DNA of 50,461 bases from Candidatus Methylomirabilota bacterium (GCA_035259825.1 DATFWA010000016.1:1-50461), one strand, 5' to 3'. Positions 1 to 8,854 are shown, counted from the first letter of the stretch. The notes: generated by a model from the letters alone, not told the origin. A program made the numbers and translations.

Positions 1-1
1 C

Positions 2-616
2 GAGCCCGTCTTCCACGCCGACTGGGAGCCCGCGGTGGTCGCGATGATGCGCGCGGCCGGCTCCCGTGGCCTGTTCAACATCGACGAGTTTCGCCATGGC
101 ATCGAGCGGATGGCGCCGGCGCACTACCTGCGCGCGACCTACTACGAGAAATGGCTCGACGGGGTCACCCGCATCCTGGTCGAAAAAGGGGTGGTGAGCG
201 CCGAGGAGCTGGCGGGCCGCCTCGCCTACTTCGGGCAGCATCCCGATGCGTCCGCGCGCTCCGTGGTCCCCGCCGCGCTGCCCGACCGAGGCGCCGTCAA
301 TCTGAACTGGCAGCACGCGATCCGGGAGACGGGAGCCACGCCGCGCTTCGTGCCGGGAGACGAGGTGATCACCCGCGACATGCACCCGCCCGGCCACACC
401 CGGCTGCCGCGCTACGCGCGCGGCAAGCGCGGGGTGATCCACTGCTGCCACGGTATCCACGTGTTCCCCGATACGAACGCCCACGGTCAGGGTGAGCAGC
501 CGCACCCGCTCTACAGCGTGCGCTTCGCCGCGCGCGAGCTGTGGGGTGAGTCGGCCGAGCCCAACCAGGCCGTCCACATCGATCTCTGGGAGAGCTATCT
601 CCTGCCTGGGAGGTGA
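2..616 (+). CDS. nthB: Nitrile hydratase beta subunit, 5'-truncated by window edge
   Basis: The reading frame is open from base 2 (EPVFHADWEPAVVAMM...), so the listed GTG at 35 is internal. The C-terminal half (RFxPGDxVxxR...HTRLPRYxRGKxGxI...HVFPD) is typical of NHase beta. It sits directly upstream of the alpha subunit with a 6-nt gap. Confidence 0.85.
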   Translation, partial: EPVFHADWEPAVVAMMRAAGSRGLFNIDEFRHGIERMAPAHYLRATYYEKWLDGVTRILVEKGVVSAEELAGRLAYFGQHPDASARSVVPAALPDRGAVNLNWQHAIRETGATPRFVPGDEVITRDMHPPGHTRLPRYARGKRGVIHCCHGIHVFPDTNAHGQGEQPHPLYSVRFAARELWGESAEPNQAVHIDLWESYLLPGR

Positions 617-622
617 TCCGCG

Positions 623-1225
623 ATGGGCAAGAATCACCCCAACGTCGACCCCTACATCGTCTCGCGAGTGCGGGCGCTCGAGTCGCTCCTGCTCGAGAAG
701 GGCATCCTGGCGCCCGACGCGGTGGACCGGGTGGTGCAGCGCTACGAGTCCGACACCGGGCCGATGGTGGGCGCCCGCGCGGTAGCCAAGGCGTGGACCG
801 ATCCGGAGTACCGGCGCCTGCTGCTGGACGACTCGCGAGCCGCGCTCGCACACTTCGATCTCGACTACGCGATGCTCATGGTGGTCGAGAACACCGAGGC
901 GATCCACAACCTCGTGGTGTGCACGCTCTGCTCCTGCTACCCGTGGCCGGTGTTGGGACTGCCGCCTACCTGGTACAAGATGCCTGCCTATCGCTCGCGG
1001 GCGGTGAGCGAGCCGCGCGCCCTGTTGCGGGAGATGGGGCTGGAGGTGCCGGAGCGGCGCGAGATCCGGGTGTGGGACTCGAGCGCGGAGATGCGCTACA
1101 TGGTCCTACCGCAGCGCCCGGCCGGCACCGAGCGACTCTCGGAGGCCGACCTAGTCCCGCTGATCACCCGCGACGCGCTGATCGGCGTGGCGGACGCGCG
1201 GCCCTCCACCGCGGCCGCGCGCTGA
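623..1225 (+). CDS. nthA: Nitrile hydratase alpha subunit, cobalt-type
   Basis: The metal-binding claw VCTLCSCYPWP is present. Thr and Tyr at these positions mark Co-type enzymes; Fe-type enzymes have CSLCSCT. Length (200 aa) and beta-alpha gene order match Co-type clusters. Confidence 0.9.
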   Translation: MGKNHPNVDPYIVSRVRALESLLLEKGILAPDAVDRVVQRYESDTGPMVGARAVAKAWTDPEYRRLLLDDSRAALAHFDLDYAMLMVVENTEAIHNLVVCTLCSCYPWPVLGLPPTWYKMPAYRSRAVSEPRALLREMGLEVPERREIRVWDSSAEMRYMVLPQRPAGTERLSEADLVPLITRDALIGVADARPSTAAAR

Positions 1226-1236
1226 GCGGGTCCGGC

Positions 1237-2076
1237 ATGTACGAGCGGCGACGCAACATCGTGGCTCGCCGCGACGGCCGGCGCGTGAACGTGGCGCGCT
1301 TCCGCGGCCAGCTTTTCGTGTGCGCCACCGGCTGCTGCTGCGGCCGCACCGAGGATGGCTTCGCCGCGGTTCCCGCCGAGACCTTCCACCGCGAGTGGGA
1401 GCGGAGGCGGCTGCGCAACATCGTCCATCTCACGATCGGAGGCTGCCTCGGGCCGTGCGCCCTCGCCAACGTGGTCCTGCTGCTCTTCGACGGGCAGGCC
1501 CAGTGGTTCCACTCCATCGACACTGACGCCCTCGCGGTCGCGCTCTACGAGCACGTCGAGGCAATGCTGGAGGCCGACACCTGTCTGCCCCCGTCCGCCG
1601 CGCTGGCGCCCTATCACTTCACCGCCTCGGCCTGGCAGCCGCGCCCCGATGGTCAGCCGGTGGACGACGTTCGCCTCTGGCCGCCGCGCGCGGCTCACGC
1701 CTGTGCGGCGCCGCCCTCGGGCATGACCGCGGAGGGCGAGGCACTCTCGGTGGATCGCGTCGTCGCCATCATGGAGGGGAGGGCCGCCCTGCCGCGGAAG
1801 AATGGCGAGCTGGTCTTCGAGGAGCCGTGGCAGGGCCGCGTCTTCGGGATGGCGGTGGCCCTGCACGAGTGCGGCCTCTACGAGTGGGAGGAATTCCGGC
1901 AAGGGCTCATCGCCCACATCGCCCAGGCCGAGGGCCGCGCCGGTCCATTCAGCTACTACGAGGTCTGGCTCCAGACCTTCGAAGCACTCCTGGCCCGCAA
2001 GGGCCTCGTGACCGCCACCGAGCTCGAGGAGACTACCTACCAGTTTGAATTCGGCGAACGCGACGACGTCTTCTAA
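1237..2076 (+). CDS. Fusion protein: N-terminal thioredoxin-like [2Fe-2S] ferredoxin-type domain plus C-terminal nitrile hydratase accessory (activator, beta-homologue) domain
   Basis: ATG at 1237 lies in the frame of ORF 613..2076; the upstream part of that ORF overlaps nthA out of frame. The N-terminal domain has Cys clusters FVCATGCCCG and GGCLGPCALANVV followed by a WF..V motif. The C-terminal domain (GELVFEEPWQGRVFGMAVALHE...YYEVWLQTFEALLARKGLV) resembles the NHase activator / beta N-terminus. Confidence 0.7.
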   Translation: MYERRRNIVARRDGRRVNVARFRGQLFVCATGCCCGRTEDGFAAVPAETFHREWERRRLRNIVHLTIGGCLGPCALANVVLLLFDGQAQWFHSIDTDALAVALYEHVEAMLEADTCLPPSAALAPYHFTASAWQPRPDGQPVDDVRLWPPRAAHACAAPPSGMTAEGEALSVDRVVAIMEGRAALPRKNGELVFEEPWQGRVFGMAVALHECGLYEWEEFRQGLIAHIAQAEGRAGPFSYYEVWLQTFEALLARKGLVTATELEETTYQFEFGERDDVF

Positions 2077-2141
2077 CCGTTCGGCGCTGGGCCACGAGAC
2101 GGAGCGCGTCTGCGCTCGCTAGCCCGCAGAAGCCGCGTTTC

Positions 2142-2159
2142 CGGGAGGGCCCCCTCCCG
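2142..2159. terminator. GC-rich hairpin between convergent genes (candidate bidirectional terminator)
   Basis: CGGGAGG-gccc-CCTCCCG gives a 7-bp stem. A second hairpin, GAGCGC-gtct-GCGCTC, lies at about 2102-2117. No U-tract is present, which is common in high-GC genomes. Confidence 0.3.
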
Positions 2160-2186
2160 CTCCTCCGCCCGGCGGTGGGACTGCCG

Positions 2187-5100
2187 TCAGCGAGCGGCGG
2201 CGGTGGTGGTGGTGATCGGAGCGGGAGTGGAGAGCGCGTCGAGCGTGGGCATCAGCAAGCCGACGATGCGAACCGGCAACCCGCTGGTGAAGTGGAAGCG
2301 TCCAGCCTCGGCGCCCGGCACGTACGCGGTGACGGTGCCGAAGTAGCGCTCGTCGAGCATGAAGACGAACGTGGCGGCCCGGCTCACCACCCGCGACTCG
2401 ACGACCGCGCCGTTCTTCGCGTAGACGAAGTAGCGATGGTCGCCGGTGCCGGTCTTGCCGCCCATGAGGTGCGGGAGCCCGCCGCCCGGGCGCACCAGCG
2501 CGGGACGCAGCCCGCGTGCGGTGCCGACATCCACCACCTGGCTCAGCACGCCCCGCACCACCGTGGCGATCTCGGGAGCCAGCACCTGGCTGGTGGGCTG
2601 CTCGGAGCGCCCCATGCGCGTCTCGTAGGGCGTGCCCACCGCGAAGTCCAGGCTGTCCACCAGCACGGTGGGCTGGCGCACGCCGTTGTTGACGATGATG
2701 CCCATCAGTTCGGCGAGCGCGGCGGGACGGTCGCCGGAGCTGCCGATCGCGGTGGCCAGCGACGGGGTCAGCGACGCGAAGGGATAGCCGAGCCGCTCCC
2801 ACCCGCGGTGCAGGTCGAGGAAGGCCTCGATCTCGAGCAGGCTCGCGATGCGGTGATCCTGGGCGTTGCGGTGGCGCGTGAGGAAGAGCCAGTTGTACAC
2901 CGCCTGGCGCTCCGCGCTGCTCGCGCGCACGACCTGGCCCATCGCGGCGCCGGGGTGCCGGCGCAGATAGCTCACCACCCACAGCTCGAGCGGGTGCACG
3001 CGCGCCACGTAGCCGCGATCCGCCAGCGGCGTGGCCTCGGGCGCGGCGCGCTCGTACAGCTCGTCCAACGCCTTGTCGGACAGGGCGGGGGCTGGCAGCC
3101 GCGGGCCGATCACCTCGCGGAACACCTCGGGGCGCGCCTCCGGATAGACGGAGCGGAACGCGGTGGCCAGGCCCTGCGGAGTCGTCCGCGCCCCGCTCAG
3201 GAGCAGGTCGAGAGCGTCCGCGGCAGGCAGGCCCTGGTACTTCCGGTAGAAGCGGCGGACGAACTCGCTGCCCTCGCGATCGGCGAAGCGGCTCAGATAG
3301 CGATCCCGGCGCTGATCGCCCGGGTTCTCCATCAGGAGCGCGAGCGAGCCGGACGAGCCATAGAGATGATTCCAGACCACATCGCGCATCAGCCGGATGA
3401 ACACGAGGTTCACCGAGTTCTGAAACGCCTCGCGGATCGTGAGGATGCGCCGATCGTCCGCGCGGTCGAAGTTGCCGAAGGTGTGGAGCCCGCCGCCGGT
3501 GAAGAACGCCTCGCCCGGGCTCGCCGAGTAGCGGCGCTCCAGCGACGCCTCGAGCATCGCCTGGAGGCTGCGATCGGTGCCGCGCGCGGTGCGGAGATAC
3601 TCGACGGCCCACGCGCCCAGGCGATTGCGCGGGTGGATCTGCACGGCGGCCAGCTCGGCGGGGGACAGCCGGTGATAGCGATCGTGCAACGCGGCGATCG
3701 CCTCGAGGTAGGAGATCAGCGTGCGCAGCTTTGCGGTGGAGCCCAGGTCGATGCGCGCGCCCCCGTTGATGTCGAGCGGCTGGTCCAGATTGTCGGTCTG
3801 GATGCGGACGCGGTTGGCGCCCGGGGTGCGCTCGTACAGGGTGACGCTGTAGAGCACGTGGGCCGGATTGCCGCCGCCCAGCAGCTTCTCTCCCACGAGC
3901 CCGAGCCGCTCGATGATGGCCGGGTCGCGCAGGGAGCGGAGCAGGCGCGCGGTGGCCTCCTGGGCGGGCGCGTCGAGCGTGCTCCGCGCGGTCAAGTCGA
4001 GCCGGTCCAGGTCGTACAGCGCGGGCATCCCCAGCATGCCGGAGATGCGAGTGCGCACCAGGTTGGCGCCCTTGCGTTCCACGAAGGCGGCGGGCGCCCC
4101 GCCGTTGCCGCGCCGCAGATCGAGCCGCTGGGCGAGCGCGGCATCGCGCAGGCCCACGTCGATGACGCCGGCTCGGGCCATCACCCGGAGGTAGCTGTCG
4201 GTGAACTCCTCAAGACCGGCGGGGTTCTCGACCAGGTAGTAGTACGGACGGCGGGCGGCCAGGATCAGGCTGAGCGCGCGCTTGAACACGCGCGCCCGCG
4301 CCGCGTCGGTCGCCACCGGCCTGGCCGCCAGCAACCCGTTCGCCTCCGCGAAGTCCACCCCGTACCAGATCTCGAGGCCGTCGCCGAGACCGTGCACCTC
4401 GCCGTGTCCGGGCGCGGCGGCGAGCGGCAGCGAGTCGAGGTAGTCCACCACGATCTGGCGGCGGGTGGCGTGGGTGGCCGCGCCGCTCTTGTAGGCGCGC
4501 AGGCTCGCGGAGATCATCTGCCGCAACTTGTCGGCGGCAGCGCGGGTGCGCCCGTCCGGCGAGTGACGCATCTTCTCGAGCTGGGTCGGCAGGGTGCTCG
4601 CCCCGATGGAGTGACGATCGCCGCCGAGCCGGCCGATCGTCTCCACGCCGACGGCCTTGGCGAGCCGGCGCCAGTCCACCGCCGGGTTGTGATACGGCTG
4701 CCGCGCGTCGAGCAGCTCGCGGTTCTCGATGAATAGCAGCGTGTTGATCAGGAGCGGGGGCACGAACTCGAAGCGGCCGTAGACCTGCTCGGGATAGCGC
4801 GTCACGTAGAGCGCTCGCCCCTCGCGGTCCACCACTTCGAGGCCCGCGCGCGTCTTCTCGCGATACGGCGGATAGAGGCCCCACGCCGCGAAGTGCTCGA
4901 GGCTCGTCGACATGCGGGCCTGGTGCTCCACCCGGTAGCCGGCCGCGTCGAGGCGGTCCACGAAGTCGGTCAGCCGCGTGTAGCCGAGCCGCTCGTCGTA
5001 CGGGCCGGAGCGCGGAACCTGTGGGGTGGGATTCGGGCCCGGCTCCACGCGGAAGGTGAGCGCGCGGGCCGCACTCGAGAGCAGGAGCGCCTGCATCGCG

Positions 5101-5327
5101 GACGTGCGCGCCTCCACCAGAGCAGCGAGCACGATAATCGATACCAGCACCGGGATGAGGACGGGCGGGCGATGCAGCTGCTGGCGCAGGCGACCGATCC
5201 AGGGCCGCGGACGGCGCGCCCGTCGCGAGAGCACGTCGCTCAGGACTCCGGTGGCGAGCGCGGTCTCGGAGGTCGGGCGGGGACCGGACAGACGCCTCAA
5301 CGAGAACCGACCATTCAAATCTGGCAC
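2187..5327 (-). CDS. Large membrane-anchored penicillin-binding protein-like enzyme (divergent GT51 transglycosylase plus transpeptidase)
   Basis: There is an N-terminal TM segment (PVLIPVLVSIIVLAALV). GT51-like motifs are FIENRELL...HNPAVDW and GASTLPTQLEK. Transpeptidase motifs are STAK (GSTAKLRTL), SVN and GKTGTG near the C-terminus. Confidence 0.75.
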   Translation of the reverse strand: MPDLNGRFSLRRLSGPRPTSETALATGVLSDVLSRRARRPRPWIGRLRQQLHRPPVLIPVLVSIIVLAALVEARTSAMQALLLSSAARALTFRVEPGPNPTPQVPRSGPYDERLGYTRLTDFVDRLDAAGYRVEHQARMSTSLEHFAAWGLYPPYREKTRAGLEVVDREGRALYVTRYPEQVYGRFEFVPPLLINTLLFIENRELLDARQPYHNPAVDWRRLAKAVGVETIGRLGGDRHSIGASTLPTQLEKMRHSPDGRTRAAADKLRQMISASLRAYKSGAATHATRRQIVVDYLDSLPLAAAPGHGEVHGLGDGLEIWYGVDFAEANGLLAARPVATDAARARVFKRALSLILAARRPYYYLVENPAGLEEFTDSYLRVMARAGVIDVGLRDAALAQRLDLRRGNGGAPAAFVERKGANLVRTRISGMLGMPALYDLDRLDLTARSTLDAPAQEATARLLRSLRDPAIIERLGLVGEKLLGGGNPAHVLYSVTLYERTPGANRVRIQTDNLDQPLDINGGARIDLGSTAKLRTLISYLEAIAALHDRYHRLSPAELAAVQIHPRNRLGAWAVEYLRTARGTDRSLQAMLEASLERRYSASPGEAFFTGGGLHTFGNFDRADDRRILTIREAFQNSVNLVFIRLMRDVVWNHLYGSSGSLALLMENPGDQRRDRYLSRFADREGSEFVRRFYRKYQGLPAADALDLLLSGARTTPQGLATAFRSVYPEARPEVFREVIGPRLPAPALSDKALDELYERAAPEATPLADRGYVARVHPLELWVVSYLRRHPGAAMGQVVRASSAERQAVYNWLFLTRHRNAQDHRIASLLEIEAFLDLHRGWERLGYPFASLTPSLATAIGSSGDRPAALAELMGIIVNNGVRQPTVLVDSLDFAVGTPYETRMGRSEQPTSQVLAPEIATVVRGVLSQVVDVGTARGLRPALVRPGGGLPHLMGGKTGTGDHRYFVYAKNGAVVESRVVSRAATFVFMLDERYFGTVTAYVPGAEAGRFHFTSGLPVRIVGLLMPTLDALSTPAPITTTTAAAR

Positions 5328-5405
5328 TGCGTGGTCAACCGTCCGTCTACGTCGGACGTTCCTCTGTGCAGCCGTCGCATACTGGGCACCGCAACCGCAT
5401 CGCCA

Positions 5406-6749
5406 TCAAATTGATGGCGAGCCAGAAAAGTTTAGCACGTGCTCGCACCATGCCGCCACCACCAGCAATTCCGCGTCACGACCGCGCGCGGCCACCAGCT
5501 GCACCGCGTGCGGCAGCCCCGCCGACGAGACCGTGCTCGGCAGCGAGCAAGCGGGAACACCCGCGAAGCTCCACGGCGCGCAGAACCACGGATCGCCCGT
5601 GGCGAGCCCTTCCGGCGCCGTCGACGGGGCGGTGGGCGATAGCAGCGCGTCGTAGTCGGCGAGCAGCGGGGCCACCTCCGCGCGGAACGCGAGCCGCTCG
5701 CGCTGGGCCCGCACGTAGGCCACCGCCGGGCGGGCGAGTCCCTCCGCGATCAGCTCGCGCGTGCGCGGTCGATACTCGGCGGCGTGGGCGCGGTAGAGGC
5801 CCTCGTGATACGCGGCGGCCTCGACCTCGAGCACGATCCGACCCGCCGCGTGCAGCGACGCGAACGAGGCGGGCAGCTTCACCTCGTGCACCGTCGCCCC
5901 CGCGCGCGTGAGCCGCATCGCGGCCGCGCGCACCTCTGCGGCGACCTCGGGGGTCGCGCGCTCGAGCAGCTCGGGCGCCACGGCCAGGCGCGGCGCGGAC
6001 GCGGCAGGCGCGTCGAGCGGTCGTGCCGCCAGCACGCCCGCGGTCAGCGCCACGTCCGCCACGCGGCGGGCGAAGATCCCGACGTGATCGAAGCTCCACG
6101 CCAGCGGCACCACGCCCTCGGTCGGGATGAGCCCGTACGTGCCCTTGAAGCCCACCACGCCGCAGTAGGCGGCCGGGCGCAGCACCGAGCCCACGGTCTG
6201 GGTGCCGAGGGCGAGCGGCGTCATGCACGCGGACACCGCGGCCGCCGAGCCGGACGACGAGCCGCCCGGCGTGTGGACCACGTTCCAGGGATTGCGCGTA
6301 GGCGCGGGCTCGAAGTAGGCGAACTCGGTCGTGTGCACCTTGCCGAGCACGACCGCGCCGGCCGCGCGCAGGCGCGTCACCGCGGTGGCGTCGTCGACCG
6401 GGCGGACGTGGAACGCGGGTCCGGCCCCGCACGTGGTGGTCATCGCGGCGACGTGGAAGATGTCCTTGATGGCCACCGGCACGCCGTGGAGTGGCCCCCG
6501 TCGCCGTCCGGCGCGTGCCTCGGCCTCGCGCTCGCGCGCGGTCGCGCGCGCGCCCGCCTCGTCAACATGCGCCCACGCGCGCACGCTCGCGTCCCGTCCT
6601 GCGATGCGGGCAAGGCACGCGTCGACCACATCCACGGGTGAGAGCGAGCGCTCGGCGATGCGCGCCGCCACGACGGCAGCGGGGAGGGAAGACGGATCGT
6701 CGCGATCCATGCGCGAGAGATCATGACGGCGCGGCGAGCGACCTGTCAA
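5406..6749 (-). CDS. Amidase (amidase-signature family)
   Basis: GPLHGVPVAIKDIF and the GGSSSGSAAAV signature are present, with the catalytic Ser-cisSer-Lys context. Length is 447 aa. Confidence 0.85.
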   Translation of the reverse strand: MTGRSPRRHDLSRMDRDDPSSLPAAVVAARIAERSLSPVDVVDACLARIAGRDASVRAWAHVDEAGARATAREREAEARAGRRRGPLHGVPVAIKDIFHVAAMTTTCGAGPAFHVRPVDDATAVTRLRAAGAVVLGKVHTTEFAYFEPAPTRNPWNVVHTPGGSSSGSAAAVSACMTPLALGTQTVGSVLRPAAYCGVVGFKGTYGLIPTEGVVPLAWSFDHVGIFARRVADVALTAGVLAARPLDAPAASAPRLAVAPELLERATPEVAAEVRAAAMRLTRAGATVHEVKLPASFASLHAAGRIVLEVEAAAYHEGLYRAHAAEYRPRTRELIAEGLARPAVAYVRAQRERLAFRAEVAPLLADYDALLSPTAPSTAPEGLATGDPWFCAPWSFAGVPACSLPSTVSSAGLPHAVQLVAARGRDAELLVVAAWCEHVLNFSGSPSI

Positions 6750-7081
6750 GGCGGATCCCCGAGCGGCGGCGTCGATTTCGAACTCCGCAGAAAGTGCAGG
6801 TGGAGCCGGCTACCGTGCGGAGGCATTTCCTTGCCCAGCCACGGAAGGGCGGTGGGTGTCACCTCCGCGTCATTCCCGGGAAGGGCTCGATTCTGCATCG
6901 CAATTTCGTTGGTACAGGACTTGCCCCCAGTACCGCGGTACGGATCAGGCAGGTCGAGCGGCGAGTGAACGGAACGGGGTTTCGGTCCCTTCTCCACCGA
7001 CGCGTCGGCCCGGGTGCTCCTGCCCGGCCTGCCTGGTCACGGACGACGTAGGAAACGTAACCAGGCTCAGAGGAGGAACCG

Positions 7082-7402
7082 ATGAAGGTCGAGCAAGACA
7101 CGTTCCGCATGGACCTGCGCTCCGCGACGCTCTGCGTGGAGCTCGATTGCAACACCATCTTCGACGCCCGCATGTACCAGCACTGCCCGACCTGCGGCAG
7201 CGTCGAATCCTATCCGCTCGAGACCTGGCTCAATCGCGAACGCTCGCGCAAGCCGGTGCGCGTCGCGTTCAGCGCCGACGCTGCGCCGAAGACGGCGTCG
7301 CGCCCGGGCTGGATCGATCGGCTCCGCACGACACTGCCCGATCCCGACCGCTCGACGGTGCCGGTGGCGCTTCCCCTGCGGACGCAGCGCCGCGCCGTCT
7401 GA
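7082..7402 (+). CDS. Small hypothetical protein with putative C-x4-C-x11-C-x2-C zinc ribbon
   Basis: A strong SD (GAGGAGGA) lies 5-6 nt upstream of the ATG. Cys pattern is LCVELDC...HCPTCG. The receiver-domain gene follows 31 nt downstream. Confidence 0.55.
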   Translation: MKVEQDTFRMDLRSATLCVELDCNTIFDARMYQHCPTCGSVESYPLETWLNRERSRKPVRVAFSADAAPKTASRPGWIDRLRTTLPDPDRSTVPVALPLRTQRRAV

Positions 7403-7433
7403 TCTCTACGAACTCAATCGGAGGCTGATAGCC

Positions 7434-7838
7434 GTGCGAACGATTCTGGTGGTGGACGACGACTCGTGGGTGCGGATCCTGGCTCGCGACATGCTGGCCG
7501 ACGAAGGGTACCGAGTGCTCGAGGCTTCCGACGGTCACGACGCCATTCGCGTCGCCGCCCAGCACCCGGGACCGATCCATCTCCTGCTGACCGACGTGGT
7601 GATGCCCGGCATGAACGGCTGCGAGCTGGCCAGCGGGCTCTCGGCGCTGCTGCCCGGCATCAAGGTCATGTTCATGTCGGCCTACGACCGCGACTTCCTG
7701 GTGGCGCGCGGGCTCGCTCCGACCGGGCCCGTCATCACCAAGCCGTTCACCGTGGAGTACCTGTCGCGGCGCGTGCGCATGGTCCTCGCCGACCGGCCCA
7801 CCGCGGCGGCCGCTCCGCTCACCGGGGGCGTTCGCTAG
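7434..7838 (+). CDS. Stand-alone response regulator receiver (CheY-like) protein
   Basis: ILVVDDD...LLLTDVVMPGMNG...FMSAY...KPF are the REC acidic pocket, phospho-Asp, T/S and K motifs. There is no output domain. GTG start with a GGAGG SD. Confidence 0.85.
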   Translation: MRTILVVDDDSWVRILARDMLADEGYRVLEASDGHDAIRVAAQHPGPIHLLLTDVVMPGMNGCELASGLSALLPGIKVMFMSAYDRDFLVARGLAPTGPVITKPFTVEYLSRRVRMVLADRPTAAAAPLTGGVR

Positions 7839-7891
7839 ACTCGCCCCGCTCCGATTGACGCGCGGACCCGGCTCGTTGTAAGAGCCGGGCC

Positions 7892-8854
7892 ATGATCCGC
7901 GGCTCCGTGTCCCTCTGCTGCTCCGCGCTCGCGCTCCTGGCCTGCTCGCTCGGAGTTGGATCCGCGGCCGCGTCGTCGTGCGGGACCTCCGCGCGTCCGC
8001 TCGCCACGCCGACCACGCTCGTGCTCTCGGGCGGCGGCGCCAAGGGCGCCTACGAGGCCGGCGTGGCCGCCCTCTTCGTGGAGCACGGGCTGCCGCTGCG
8101 CCTGGTCGCCGGCTCCTCGGCAGGCGCCCTGAACGCGGCCATGATCGCCGACGGCCGAATGGACCGGCTGGACGCGCTCTGGCGTGGGCTGACTCGCGAT
8201 CGCGTGTACTCGCTCCGCGCGCGCGTGCTCTTCGGCGGGCTCCTGCCCGGCTGGCTCACCTTGCTGATCCTCGACCGCGCCGGCTCGCTCTTCGATCCGG
8301 CCCCGCTGCGTGCGCTGATCGCCGAGGGCCTCGACCTCGAGCGCATCCGCGCCTCGCCGGTCCGCCTGCTCGTCGTCACCACCGACCTGGCGCGCCGCGA
8401 GCAGCGGCTCTTCGACAATGCCACGGTGACCCGCGAGGCCCTCATGGCGGCCGCCGCGGTGCCCGGGGCGTTTCCCGCGGTCGACGTCGACGGCGCGCTG
8501 CTCGTGGACGGAGGGCTGACCGGCCGCGCGCCGGTGCTGGAGGCGCTCGCGGCGGCGCCCGCCGTCGAGCGGGCGGTGGTGGTGATGAGCTATGCGCCGG
8601 AGGAGCGCGGTGCCCCGCCCACCACCATGCGCCGCGCCCTCGAAGAAGCCTTCGAGATGGGGATGGTCCACCAGATCCGGCGCGACGTCGAGCTGGCCCG
8701 TCTGAAGTTCCCGGCTGTGGAGCTGCACCTGCTGACGCCGTCGGCCCCGCTGTCGCTCCGGCCGCTCGAGTTCGATCCGGCCGGGATGGCCCGCGCGCTG
8801 GAGCGCGGGCGCGAAGATGCGCGCGCCTGCCTCAGCGGCTGGGTGACGCGCTGA
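7892..8854 (+). CDS. Patatin-like phospholipase, secreted or lipoprotein
   Basis: Oxyanion motif SGGGAKGAYEAG, nucleophile elbow GSSAG and a C-terminal DGG (VDGG) are present. The N-terminal hydrophobic signal carries Cys residues (ALLACS). Confidence 0.8.
   Translation: MIRGSVSLCCSALALLACSLGVGSAAASSCGTSARPLATPTTLVLSGGGAKGAYEAGVAALFVEHGLPLRLVAGSSAGALNAAMIADGRMDRLDALWRGLTRDRVYSLRARVLFGGLLPGWLTLLILDRAGSLFDPAPLRALIAEGLDLERIRASPVRLLVVTTDLARREQRLFDNATVTREALMAAAAVPGAFPAVDVDGALLVDGGLTGRAPVLEALAAAPAVERAVVVMSYAPEERGAPPTTMRRALEEAFEMGMVHQIRRDVELARLKFPAVELHLLTPSAPLSLRPLEFDPAGMARALERGREDARACLSGWVTR

Noticed and set aside
613-1236. The 5' part of the 487-aa ORF 613..2076, which overlaps nthA.
   Set aside because: This part is out of frame with the well-supported alpha subunit and translates to Arg/Pro/Gly-rich nonsense. 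Only the segment from the ATG at 1237 has recognisable domains.
2175-4736. An 853-aa ORF on the plus strand, antisense to the PBP gene. Similar long shadow ORFs occur elsewhere, e.g. 20727..22934, 23190..25106, 21451..24411, 13547..15325 and 40488..42122.
   Set aside because: Their translations are Arg/Ala/Gly/Pro-rich low-complexity strings with no motifs. They overlap genes that have clear family signatures. Long stop-free antisense frames are an expected artefact of very GC-rich coding DNA.
6765-6790. A T-loop-like TTCGAA sequence, suggesting a tRNA in the long intergenic region.
   Set aside because: I could not build a flanking T-stem, acceptor stem or anticodon arm on either strand.
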